Part shown: one piece after another, positions 1-12,189 of the stretch
How the letters are laid out: each line of letters opens with the position of its first letter
Numbering within the stretch: position 1 is the first letter of the stretch
Source of the DNA: Macrostomum hystrix
Lineage: Eukaryota > Animalia > Platyhelminthes
DNA: 64,000 nt
Direction: 5' to 3'
NCBI GenBank assembly: GCA_950097015.1
Contig: CATNEN010000001.1
Location: forward strand, 2,418,001 to 2,482,000
The notes under the pieces: generated by a model
Told to the model about the DNA's origin: nothing
Database searches by the model: none
Seen by the model: the letters and a program-made list of their open reading frames with translations, nothing else
Program-made: the position numbers and the translations under genes

Positions 1-1479
1 GTAATTTTAGTAATGAATAACAAGTGGGAATAACAAATGTAGCAAGAACGAATGCCAGGTTGATTGTTAGAATATTAAATATTAAATCTGTCGTCAAAAT
101 AATTTAACGAACGAAACGACACATATGCCGACTTTTTTGTCATAATGTAATGTATAGTAGAATGTAATGGGGTGAAATCTCATCAACCGAACAAGAAAAT
201 GTCATTTTCAAACATTCCAGGTTTGATAACAAAAAAACTAAACAAGATAAGAAAATCTAATTTACCGGTACTTGTTAAAAACAATTTTATCTTTCAAATG
301 AAAGTCTACTCATCTAAATCGGTTAACTACAAAAAAGTTGTGTCTATTTTTGTTTCAATTCCGAACAATGAATTTCCCATTTCATCAAACCGAACGATGT
401 TTCTGATGTTCGGTTTTTTGCCCAAAAAATGACTTCTGCTCAATAAAAAGCTATAACAAAACAGTGAAAAAGAAAGAAAAAATCATGCTGCATCGGTTTA
501 AGTAAAGTTCAATAGTCCGATTTGATAAGAAGAGGGTTATTTTTTACATCGAAGTATGTACCCCCCACCCGAGTCAAATAGTGCAATTTTCATTCCATCT
601 TGAGTTTTCCTGCTTCAGGCACACTAAACAGCGAAACAAACAGCGAAAAAGTCATGTGCTGTCTTTGCTCATGAGTTTCCTATGGTTCGTGGAGTTTATA
701 GTCTTTTGCAACGAAGCCTTTAGTGACAAACTCACCCTCATTTCATAATTTTAGGCCTGGCAGTACTTGCGATATCTCAGACTTAAAGCTTTATTATGCA
801 AACACAGATGCTTGTTAAAACTTTAAAATAAATAAAAAACCGTGCAGAACTTCAAGTTAAAATCGGTTTCTCCAAGTTTAAAAGTGTTTACGCTGACTAA
901 TGAGAATTAATGAAACTCACTTACACAAAAAATGTCCATTTTTTCGAAATCTTTCATACTTTTTTCTGAGCGTGTTTTTCTACTGCCAGACTACTAGTTG
1001 TGTAGGCCTAGCCTCTATTGGACCTTCAATCTTTTTTCCCTAAGAGTTGGGATCATTTGCTTCAGCTTTAAAATGTCCGCAACAGACTACTGCCAGTAGG
1101 ACTAGGACTCCTTGGCAGACAGGGCAGAGAAGGAGACAAAGGCGGGAGAGAGCCGAACAGACCATTGTGTGATCTCCATGGCAACCGAGTTGCACATATG
1201 ACAATTGTTGGCAACGATGAATGACGGGGCGAGGCCTAGCCAAAGGTATGAAGAAGCAATCTGGACTGGAAGCCGACCCCAAAACCCTGACTCGACTTGT
1301 TGGAGGCCACTTAAATTTGCCCATCAACACACAGCATATAGGCAAAGTAGCATTAGGCCTATAGGCCTAGCACATAAAGAAAGGTCATAAATAAGAGCAA
1401 GTACTTGGGGGCCTAATTTCAAGGCTGAAAATTTACTCTGGAACTTGATCTTTAACAAAAAACGGATGCAGTCACAATG

Positions 1480-1770
1480 CAGGGAGACAAAAAGAAGATG
1501 AGGAAGAGAGCTGAAAGTATATAGCGACTAAGCGTGAAAGAGGATAGAGAGGATAGGGTAAGAAAGAGAAGGAGAGGGTAAGAGAGAGAAGGAGAGGGGA
1601 TAAGAGAGAAAATGAGGGGAAGACAGAGAAGGAGAGGAAAAGACAGAGAAGGAGAGGGGAAGACAGACAGAGAAGGAGAGGGGAGGAGGAAGAAGGAGAT
1701 ATAAGAAGAGAGGGAGAGCGGGAGAGGTGGTGAACAGAGGTAGGGGGCGAGGTAGAGGGAGAAAGAGTTC
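1480..1770 (+). repeat. AG-rich low-complexity tract
   Basis: Degenerate AGAGAAGGAGAGGG units; the + strand is almost all purine. Confidence 0.75.
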
Positions 1771-2151
1771 GCTCTTGTCACCAATATTCTCAGCCCCAGT
1801 CAGCAGCCCCCCAGCCAAATTGCAAGCGGGTGGAAGCTAGCCAATAGACCAATGCCGCACATAAATTCATGAGCCAATCAAAATGCTCGAAGACCAAAAC
1901 CCCTGAACCGGGGTTCAATTTTGGGGTCATTCCATTACCACTCAGCCAGAGGCTGGGCCAGAGATTTTAGGCTTACTTTGAAGGGTTGGAATTATTGCAT
2001 AATACGAGAGTACAAAGCACATTTTAGAAAAAAAACAGTAAACAGCCAATTATCGCAGTTTATATTCTTTGCTGAGAGCTGCGAATGCAAATGGAATCCC
2101 AATCACACGAAAGGACAAAACTAAAAGATGGCTAAAATACTACGAGTAAAA

Positions 2152-5100
2152 GAGAGCCAGAAAGAAGAGGGCGGGAGTGAGGAAGCTGAGAAGCAGAAAG
2201 AAGAGGGCGGGAGTGAGGAAGCTGAAGAGCAGTAAGAAGAGGGCGGGAGTGAGGAAGCTGAAGAGCAGAAAGAAGAGGGCGGGAGTGAGGAAGCTGAAGA
2301 GCAGTAAGAAGAGGGCGGGAGTGAGGAAGCTGAGAAGCAGAAAGAAGAGGGCGGGAGTGAGGAAGCTGAAGAGCAGTAAGAAGAGGGCGGGAGTGAGGAA
2401 GCTGAGAAGCAGAAAGAAGATGGCGGGAGTGAGGAAGCTGAAGAGCAGTAAGAAGAGGGCGGGAGTGAGGAAGCTGAAGAGCAGTAAGAAGAGGGCGGGA
2501 GTGAGGAAGCTGAGAAGCAGAAAGAAGAGGGCGGGAGTGAGGAAGCTGAAGAGCAGTAAGAAGAGGGCGGGAGTGAGGAAGCTGAAGAGCAGAAAGAAGA
2601 GGGCGGGAGTGAGGAAGCTGAGAAGCAGAAAGAAGAGGGCGGGAGTGAGGAAGCTGAGAAACAGAAAGAAGAGGGCGGGAGTGAGGAAGCTGAAGAGCAG
2701 AAAGAAGAGGGCGGGAGTGAGGAAGCTGAGAAGCAGAAAGAAGAGGGCGGGAGTGACGAAGCTGAGAGCCAGAAAGAAGATGGCGGGAGTGAGGAAGCTG
2801 AGAAGCAGAAAGAAGAGGGCGGGAGTGAGGAAGCTGAAGAGCAGTAAGAAGAGGGTGGGAGTGAGGAAGCTGAAGAGCAGTAAGAAGAGGGCGGGAGTGA
2901 GGAAGCTGAGAAGCAGAAAGAAGAGGGCGGGAGTGAGGAAGCTGAAAAGCAGTAAGAAGAGGGCGGGAGTGAGGAAGCTGAGAAGCAGAAAGAAGAGGGC
3001 GGGAGTGAGGAAGCTGAGAAGCAGAAAGAAGAGGGCGGGAGTGAGGAAGCTGAAGAGCAGTAAGAAGAGGGCGGGAGTGAGGAAGCTGAGAAGCAGAAAG
3101 AAGAGGGCGGGAGTGAGGAAGCTGAAGAGCAGTAAGAAGAGGGCGGGAGTGAGGAAGCTGAAGAGCAGTAAGAAGAGGGCGGGAGTGAGGAAGCTGAAGA
3201 GCAGTAAGAAGAGGGCGGGAGTGAGGAAGCTGAAGAGCAGTAAGAAGAGGGCGGGAGTGAGGAAGCTGAAGAGCAGTAAGAAGAGGGCGGGAGTGAGGAA
3301 GCTGAGAAGCAGAAAGAAGAGGGCGGGAGTGAGGAAGCTGAAGAGCAGAAAGAAGAGGGCGGGAGTGAGGAAGCTGAAGAGCAGTAAGAAGAGGGCGGGA
3401 GTGAGGAAGCTGAAGAGCAGTAAGAAGAGGGCGGGAGTGAGGAAGCTGAGAAGCAGAAAGAAGAGGGCGGGAGTGAGGAAGCTGAAGAGCAGTAAGAAGA
3501 GGGCGGGAGTGAGGAAGCTGAAGAGCAGAAAGAAGAGGGCGGGAGTGAGGAAGCTGAAGAGCAGTAAGAAGAGGGCGGGAGTGAGGAAGCTGAGAAGCAG
3601 AAAGAAGAGGGCGGGAGTGAGGAAGCTGAAGAGCAGTAAGAAGAGGGCGGGAGTGAGGAAGCTGAAGAGCAGTAAGAAGAGGGCGGGAGTGAGGAAGCTG
3701 AGAAGCAGAAAGAAGAGGGCGGGAGTGAGGAAGCTGAAGAGCAGTAAGAAGAGGGCGGGAGTGAGGAAGCTGAGAAGCAGAAAGAAGAGGGCGGGAGTGA
3801 GGAAGCTGAAGAGCAGTAAGAAGAGGGCGGGAGTGAGGAAGCTGAGAAGCAGAAAGAAGAGGGCGGGAGTGAGGAAGCTGAAGAGCAGTAAGAAGAGGGC
3901 GGGAGTGAGGAAGCTGAAGAGCAGTAAGAAGAGGGCGGGAGTGAGGAAGCTGAGAAGCAGAAAGAAGAGGGCGGGAGTGAGGAAGCTGAAGAGCAGTAAG
4001 AAGAGGGCGGGAGTGAGGAAGCTGAAGAGCAGTAAGAAGAGGGCGGGAGTGAGGAAGCTGAGAAGCAGAAAGAAGAGGGCGGGAGTGAGGAAGCTGAAGA
4101 GCAGTAAGAAGAGGGCGGGAGTGAGGAAGCTGAAGAGCAGAAAGAAGAGGGCGGGAGTGAGGAAGCTGAAGAGCAGTAAGAAGAGGGCGGGAGTGAGGAA
4201 GCTGAGAAGCAGAAAGAAGAGGGCGGGAGTGAGGAAGCTGAAGAGCAGTAAGAAGAGGGCGGGAGTGAGGAAGCTGAGAAGCAGAAAGAAGAGGGCAGGA
4301 GTGAGGAAGCTGAAGAGCAGTAAGAAGAGGGCGGGAGTGAGGAAGCTGAAGAGCAGAAAGAAGAGGGCGGGAGTGAGGAAGCTGAGAAGCAGAAAGAAGA
4401 GGGCGGGAGTGAGGAAGCTGAGAAGCAGAAAGAAGAGGGCGGGAGTGAGGAAGCTGAAGAGCAGAAAGAAGAGGGCGGGAGTGAGGAAGCTGAAGAGCAG
4501 TAAGAAGAGGGCGGGAGTGAGGAAGCTGAAGAGCAGTAAGAAGAGGGCGGGAGTGAGGAAGCTGAAGAGCAGAAAGAAGAGGGCGGGAGTGACGAAGCTG
4601 AGAAGCAGAAAGAAGAGGGCGGGAGTGAGGAAGCTGAAGAGCAGAAAGAAGAGGGCGGGAGTGAGGAAGCTGAGAAGCAGAAAGAAGAGGGCGGGAGTGA
4701 CGAAGCTGAGAGCCAGAAAGAAGATGGCGGGAGTGAGGAAGCTGAGAAGCAGAAAGAAGAGGGCGGGAGTGAGGAAGCTGAAGAGCAGAAAGAAGAGGGC
4801 GGGAGTGAGGAAGCTGAAGAGCAGTAAGAAGAGGGCGGGAGTGAGGAAGCTGAAGAGCAGTAAGAAGAGGGCGGGAGTGAGGAAGCTGAAGAGCAGTAAG
4901 AAGAGGGCGGGAGTGAGGAAGTTGAGAAGCAGAAAGAAGAGGGCGGGAGTGAGGAAGCTGAGAAGCAGAAAGAAGAGGGCGGGAGTGACGAAGCTGAGAG
5001 CCAGAAAGAAGATGGCGGGAGTGAGGAAGCTTAGAAGCAGAAAGAAGATTCCGGGAGTGTGGAAGCTGAAGAGCAGAAAGAAGAGGGCGGGAGTGAGGAA

Positions 5101-6251
5101 GCTTAGAAGCAGAAAGAAGAGGGCGGGAGTGAGGAAGCTGAGAGCCAGAAAGAAGAGGGCGGGAGTGAGGAAGCTGAAGAGCAGAAAAAAGAGGGCGGGA
5201 GTGAGGAAGCTGAAGAGCAGAAAGAAGAGGGCGGGAGTGAGGAAGCTGAAGAGCAGTAAGAAGAGGGCGGGAGTGTGGAAGCTGAAGAGCAGAAAGAAGA
5301 GGGCGGGAGTGAGGAAGCTGAAGAGCAGTAAGAAGAGGGCGGGAGTGAGGAAGCTGAAGAGCAGTAAGAAGAGGGCGGGAGTGAGGAAGCTGAAGAGCAG
5401 TAAGAAGAGGGCGGGAGTGAGGAAGCTGAGAAGCAGAAAGAAGAGGGCGGGAGTGAGGAAGCTGAAGAGCAGTAAGAAGAGGGCGGGAGTGAGGAAGTTG
5501 AGAAGCAGAAAGAAGAGGGCGGGAGTGAGGAAGCTGAGAAGCAGAAAGAAGAGGGCGGGAGTGACGAAGCTGAGAGCCAGAAAGAAGATGGCGGGAGTGA
5601 GGAAGCTTAGAAGCAGAAAGAAGATTCCGGGAGTGTGGAAGCTGAAGAGCAGAAAGAAGAGGGCGGGAGTGAGGAAGCTTAGAAGCAGAAAGAAGAGGGC
5701 GGGAGTGAGGAAGCTGAAGAGCAGAAAAAAGAGGGCGGGAGTGAGGAAGCTGAAGAGCAGAAAGAAGAGGGCGGGAGTGAGGAAGCTGAAGAGCAGTAAG
5801 AAGAGGGCGGGAGTGAGGAAGCTGAAGAGCAGTAAGAAGAGGGCGGGAGTGAGGAAGCTGAAGAGCAGAAAGAAGAGGGCGGGAGTGAGGAAGCTGAAGA
5901 GCAGTAAGAAGAGGGCGGGAGTGTGGAAGCTGAAGAGCAGAAAGAAGAGGGCGGGAGTGAGGAAGCTGAAGAGCAGAAAGAAGAGGGCGGGAGTGAGGAA
6001 GCTGAAGAGCAGAAAAAAGAGGGCGGGAGTGTGGAAGCTGAAGAGCAGAAAGAAGAGGGCGGGAGTGAGGAAGCTGAAGAGCAGAAAGAAGAGGGCGGGA
6101 GTGAGGAAACTGAAGAGCAGAAAGAAGAGGGCGGGAGTGAGGAAGCTGAAGAGCAGAAAGAAGAGGGCGGGAGTGAGGAAGCTGAAGAGCAGAAAAAAGA
6201 GGGCGGGAGTGTGGAAGCTGAAGAGCAGAAAGAAGAGGGCGGGAGTGAGGA
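2152..6251 (+). repeat. 36-bp minisatellite, ~114 copies (AAGAAGAGGGCGGGAGTGAGGAAGCTGAAGAGCAG[A/T])
   Basis: Direct reading; the 12-aa periodicity of the ORFs on both strands confirms a 36-bp unit with no indels. Confidence 0.97.
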
Positions 6252-6616
6252 AGGGATGGAGAGATGAAGGGATGGAGATATGAAAAGATGAGGAAATTTC
6301 TTATGCTCATCCTTAGGCCTATTTGTTTATAGGGGATATCTCAAAAGTCTGTCTACAAAACTATTTAACATTTTCATCATAATACGATCTCATACTATAA
6401 TGATGGCCCTCTGATTATATTTCGGTGGGACTGCCATGCACCATACTGGGGCGCCGTGAAAGCGAAACATTGTGAAGGTTTCCAGGGCGATGTCTCTAGG
6501 GCGAGGCCAGATGTAAGTGAAATATAAATATATATAAATATAAAAAATATTTATATAAAAAATATAAATATAAATATTGGTGAAGAAGAGAAACAAGCAA
6601 CGAAGGAAAAAGCGGG

Positions 6617-7988
6617 TGAAGAGAACCTGGAGGGGAAGGGGATGAAGGGACGGGAACCTGGAGATGAAGGGGATGAAGAGAACCTGGAGGGGAAGGGGAT
6701 GAAGGGAACCTGGAGGGGAAGGGGATGAAGGGAACCTGGAGATGAAGGGGATGAAGAGAACCTGGAGGGGAAGCGGTGAAGTGAACCTGGAGGGGAAGGG
6801 GATGAAGTGAACCTGGAGGGGAAGCGGTGAAGTGAACCTGGAGGGGAAGGGGATGAAGTGAACCTGGAGGGGAAGCGGTGAAGTGAACCTGGAGGGGAAG
6901 CGGTGAAGTGAACCTGGAGGGGAAGGGGATGAAGGGAACCTGGAGATGAAGGGGATGAAGAGAACCTGGAGGGGAAGGGGATGAAGGGAACCTGGAGGGG
7001 AAGGGGATGAAGGGAACCTGGAGATGAAGGGGATGAAGAGAACCTGGAGGGGAAAGGGATGAAGGGAACCTGGAGGGGAAGGGGATGAAGTGAACCTGGA
7101 GGGGAAGGGGATGAAGGGAACCTGGAGGGGAAGGGGATGAAGAGAACCTGGAGGGGAAGCGGATGAAGGGAACCTGGAGGGGAAGGGGATGAAGAGAACC
7201 TGGAGGGGAAGCGGTGAAGAGAACCTGGTGATGAAGGGGATGAAGAGAACCTGGAGGGGAAGGGGATGAAGGGAACCTGGAGGGGAAGGGGATGAAGAGA
7301 ACCTGGAGGGGAAGCGGTGAAGAGAACCTGGAGGGGAAGGGGATGAAAGGAACCTGGAGGGGAAGCGGTGAAGAGAACCTGGAGGGGAAGGGGATGAAGG
7401 GAACCTGGTGATGAAGGGGATGAAGAGAACCTGGAGGGGAAGGGGATGAAGGGAACCTGGAGGGGAAGGGGATGAAGAGAACCTGGAGGGGAAGCGGTGA
7501 AGAGAACCTGGAGGGGAAGGGGATGAAGGGAACCTGGAGGGGAAGGGGATGAAGGGAACCTGGAGGGGAAGGGGATGAAGAGAACCTGGAGGGGAAGCGG
7601 ATGAAGGGAACCTGGAGGGGAAGGGGATGAAGAGAACCTGGAGGGGAAGCGGTGAAGAGAACCTGGAGGGGAAGGGGATGAAGGGAACCTGGAGGGGAAG
7701 GGGATGAAGGGAACCTGGTGATGAAGGGGATGAAGAGAACCTGGAGGGGAAGGGGATGAAGGGAACCTGGAGGGGAAGGGGATGAAGAGAACCTGGAGGG
7801 GAAGCGGTGAAGAGAACCTGGAGGGGAAGCGGTGAAGAGAACCTGGAGGGGAAGCGGTGAAGAGAACCTGGAGGGGAAGGGGTGAAGAGAACCTGGAGGG
7901 GAAGCGGTGAAGAGAACCTGGAGGGGAAGGGGTGAAGAGAACCTGGAGGGGAAGCGGTGAAGAGAACCTGGAGGGGAAGGGGATGAAG
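6617..7988 (+). repeat. 25/26-bp minisatellite (AACCTGGAGGGGAAGGGGATGAAGGG / AACCTGGAGGGGAAGCGGTGAAGAG), ~53 copies
   Basis: Direct reading; two interspersed length variants. Confidence 0.95.
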
Positions 7989-7989
7989 A

Positions 7990-8434
7990 CGCTTCTTTTC
8001 CGGAACAAAAAATGAAGATGTGGGTCCTAAACGCATTCGATAGAAATTTGAAAATTTTTGGCCTGTTCCCTACCTTGGTTGCAGGTCGCAGGCCGCTGCG
8101 GTCCTCGCTCGCTTCGCTGAACTTCACGACTGCTTGGGTCGCCTGTTGCTGCAGCTGCTTCCGAGTGATAGGAATTTGCTGCCGGGCAGCTTGCTTTATT
8201 GACTCGCTGAGCAGCTGCTCTTCAGCTTGGGTGAAGTACCGCTTGCATGTGTTCTTATTGCGCGGCCTCTGCCTATTCAGTACCTTGCGGACTGTCATAA
8301 AGTGTAGTGGTGGGTACAGAATATTGATTAGCAGCATCTCGATAATTTATTGATTTGCCACTTCGGATTTGTGCTATCACATAATCCGTTGCTTCCTGGA
8401 TTCGCGCCTTCTTACTCTTTTGGCCTACGGCCAT
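7990..8434 (-). pseudogene. Frameshifted N-terminus of a pogo/Tigger/Fot1-like transposase (HTH_psq + CENP-B-type HTH)
   Basis: ATG at 8434 gives MAVGQKSKKARIQEATDYVIAQIRSGKSINYRDAANQYSVPTTTLYD (psq-type HTH). A 1-nt shift near 8290 continues into VRKVLNRQ...RYFTQAEEQLLSESIKQAARQQIPITRKQLQQQA (CENP-B-like HTH). The frame then runs into the satellite and no DDE domain is visible. Confidence 0.6.
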
Positions 8435-8966
8435 TGTCTATGGTAATTAAAAGTTATATAAATTGAAATTCGAATAAAATATAGTTAATTTACTGTGTGG
8501 TGAAAATTTAATTGAGTATAGGCCTAAAGCAAAATGAAAGCAAATTTAAATAATAAGTAGGCCTAGGCTATGCCCTATGCAATTATAAATGTATATAAGC
8601 AAAATGATGAGAAATAATGCAAATGCAAGATAAATTAAAAAAGCTAAAGTGTCACGATAGCAGATCAGATGTCTCCGAATGCAGAAGCAGAGTGCGCACA
8701 AAGAGCTTGAGAGTTGTTTGAGTGTAGTTTATCTTACTATGCTAAATCCTTGACTTATATTTTGGGGGCCTTGAAGCAATGAAGCAGCTTGGTGTCCAAT
8801 GACAACGAGTCTTTGTCGGGGCAAGCGCATCCAATCACAAGCCGGGCAGGTTAGAAGCTGCGCGGCACCCCACCAGCGCGGCACCCCAAACTAAACTTGC
8901 GTGCACCCATCTCCTTTGTGTCTTTCGCCTTCTCCATCTGTCTGCTTGGCTTCTCCCGCTGCCCCG

Positions 8967-9384
8967 CCCTCAACACCCTCTGCCCACTCTGCCCCACCAT
9001 CTGCCCTCTCTGCCCAATCTGCCCCACCCTCTGCCCACTCTGCCCCACCATCTGCCCTCTCTGCCCACTCTGCCCCACCATCTGCCCTCTCTGCCCTCTC
9101 TGCCCCACCCTCTGCCCTCTCTGCCCACTCTGCCCCCTCTGCCCCACCCTCTGCCCTCTCTGCCCACTCTACCCATCCTCTGCCCACTCTACCCATCCTC
9201 TGCCCACTCTGCCCACTCTACCCATCCTCTGCCCACTCTGCCCACTCTACCCATTCTCTGCCCACTCTGCCCACTCACCCATCCTCTGCCCACTCTGCCC
9301 ACTCTACCCATCCTCTGCCCACTCTGCCCACTCACCCATCCTCTGCCCACTCTGCCCACTCTACCCATACTCTGCCCTCTGCCC
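8967..9384 (+). repeat. CT-rich compound repeat (CTCTGCCCA / CTCTACCCATC units)
   Basis: Direct reading. Confidence 0.9.
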
Positions 9385-11460
9385 CGAAAGGAGAAATGAA
9401 TTTGCACCCTGTGCAATTTATTTATTTATGAAAACTTTTGTGCATCTTTAGACTTGTCAATGGTTTCATTATTAAGATAACTGAAGTGCAGTCAAGCATG
9501 ATTTCTATCATTTACAACAGCAACAAAATGGGCCTTTGGAGTTTCCGAGTCAGCGTCAGAAGGCGCGGTGCTTCAGGTGCTGCAGGTGCTGCAGGTGCTG
9601 CAGGTGCAAGGCCTCCACCTGTATCCGCGGGGCGACGGCGTCATTTGATAAAAATAAGGAGAACTGAAAAAATAGTCTAATAATTAAATACTAAAAATGT
9701 ACTAATTATCCATCGAATAATGTTGACGGAATAAAGATGAAGTGCAGATATATTTGAGCATGTATAATCAGATTTTGGCCTAACGCATTGAATAATACGA
9801 GTCGTATTCGACACTATTTTCGTTACAGATCGATTTCTGGAGGAAAGACTGTGGACGCATCTATACATGTAGTCGCAATGAAGTATAGCGGGCCTAGTCA
9901 AACTGTCGGATTCCCGAATCCTCCAACTGTTAATCGTTCCGCCCCCCAGCCGATTCCGAATCCTCCATTACAAAGTACGCAATCATATCACTAGGCATAT
10001 ATTCATTTACATTAGTCTGCTCCACTTCTCGTTCACTACGTTTGAACCATAGACAATCTCCAAGCTTCCACTGTACTCTATAACTCGTATTATCAATAAA
10101 GCAAGCGCGGGGCTTTGCCCTAAAAGAAAAACTTCTACCTCGTACCTTACCACAGCAGCAGCAGCATATCTGTTTATTGTCACTCCCTGACACAAACCCT
10201 CAACCGTACATGTACATGTACATGTATATTCTATATACATCTCTCTAAACAAAAGAATCACATCTAAATACATGTATAGTAAATGTCACAGGCAGTAACG
10301 CAACTGCTGCAGTGCTGCTATACTACATGCGGCAGCCCCGCCCGGTCCGAAAATTCTTCATGGTCTGGTCACAGGTCACAGGTTGTGTCTGGTCACAGGC
10401 ATGACCGCTATAATTCTGCAGGTACCTCTGAAATGTACAAAAAATTGAAAAGAAATTAGTTTGTTAAAAAAATCCGGTTTAGGCACACTTAAAAAAGAAC
10501 ATATATTAGGGCCTACTGATTTCCACTTCACAGTTCCGGGAAAATAAATTCATGCGATTCTTCGCTTAAAAATGATTGGTTTTGCATGTAAATAGGCCAC
10601 AGCTTCATTTCCAGCTCGTATTTCCTGCATAGGCCTATACATTTTCGCGTGTACGATGATGCTTTTCGCAGTGCAGACAGCAATCCGCAACAATTAGTAA
10701 GCCTTAGCAACAGTTTAACATTTTCCCTTGCATGCACCCTTTTTGCAGGGATGATTTTTTCTCACAATCCCGCGTCCCCAAGTGTGGAACGATGTGCAGA
10801 CCTGTCACCTGTCTATATATATATGGGATGTGCTAAAATGCAATCGTCCCTAAAATATTGTCGCAATTGGTGTACGTAGGCCCCATGCGACACATATATT
10901 ATGCATAACGGCAGTAGCCTTATTTGTCCCAACATTGCCTGGGGGAAGAAAATGCCGATGGTTAAGCGGACAAGGAAAAGAAAAATCGGTTCAGGGTGCG
11001 AAAATGGAATTATTGTTATTCCGGCTTTTTATGAAAGCCTCAACTTAATACATGCAATTTTATACAGTGAATAAGCTCGTGGATGTCATCTCGGGCCTCA
11101 AAATTTTTCGGCTCTCCGCATTATCTCGCGGTTTCAAAATCCTTCGATTGTGCAACAGCTGTTATCATTGTGACTGAATAGGACTCACGGAAGGCCATAA
11201 TCCACATCCACGACCACGAGTCTCATGCGCAGTGTGAAATCACAGCGGGCAATAATATGGGCGGAGAATGGGAAAAGCAAGCAACAAACCGAAAGAGTCT
11301 GAAGGCTAAACTCTAAAAGTGAGAAAATTCGAAAACAAAAATACTTACTGCTATATTTATATGTATAGAGTCAGGGTGTGAAAAGCGGTGGCGTTGCGCA
11401 AGAAAATTATAAGCCATTGCTCTTCGCCACCCTTGGGGAGGCCCTGGCCTGTCTCCCAGG

Positions 11461-11643
11461 GCCTCCCGTTCACTCAGGGGCCCTCCCGTTCACTCATGTG
11501 GCCCTCCCGTTCACTCATGTGACCCTCCCGTTCACTCATGTGGCCCTCCCGTTCACTCATGTGGCCTTCCCGTTCACTCATGGGGCCCTACCGTTCACTC
11601 ATGTGGCCTACCGTTCACTCATGTGGCCCTCCCGTTCACTCAT
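11461..11643 (+). repeat. 21-bp minisatellite (GCCCTCCCGTTCACTCATGTG), ~9 copies
   Basis: Direct reading; 7-aa periodicity in ORF 11378-11650. Confidence 0.9.
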
Positions 11644-11704
11644 TCATTGATTTGATTCCAGTAGGCCTAGGCTTATCGTTTTTGCAATGCATGTACAACT
11701 AAAC

Positions 11705-12189
11705 CAGGGGTCGGCAAACTTATTAGCTGGCGGGCCAAAGAGAGAACCTAAAATATCATATTGGGCCGCATTGACTGTAGAAATATGAGACAGGGGAGAG
11801 ACACGAGGCAGGCGAGAGATGAGACATGGGAGAGACAAGACAGGGGATAAATAAGACAGGGGATAGATGAAACAGGGAAGAGATGAGACAGGGGAGAGAT
11901 AAGACAGGGGATAGATGAGACAGGGGAGAGATGAGACAATGGAGAGATAAGAAACGGGAGAGATAAGGAACGGGAGAGATAAGACAGGGGAGAGACGAGA
12001 CAGGGGAGAAATAAGACAGGGGATAGATGAAACAGGGGAGAGATAAGACAGGGGAGAGATGAGACACGGGAGAGATAAGACAGGGGAGAGATGAGACAGG
12101 ATACTAGGTGTCGGAAGGGAGCAACGGGGCCGGATTTGGGAGCTTCGAGGGCCGCATCTGTCCCGCGGGCCGGAGTTTGCCGACCCCTG
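11705..12189 (-). mobile_element. hAT-type MITE family 1, copy A, with internal 16-bp minisatellite
   Basis: TIR CAGGGGTCGGCAAACT...AGTTTGCCGACCCCTG; 8-bp TSD AACTAAAC (11697-11704, 12190-12197); inverted relative to copy B. Confidence 0.92.

Noticed and set aside
2132-6310. 1392-aa and 1368-aa ORFs as real genes
   Set aside because: They arise trivially from a 36-bp unit that has no stop in those frames. Common variants are non-synonymous in every frame and there is no unique domain. Kept only as a finding.
6390-8036. Three overlapping Pro/Ser-rich minus-strand ORFs
   Set aside because: The pyrimidine-rich satellite strand lacks stops in all frames, and 25/26-bp units do not preserve frame.
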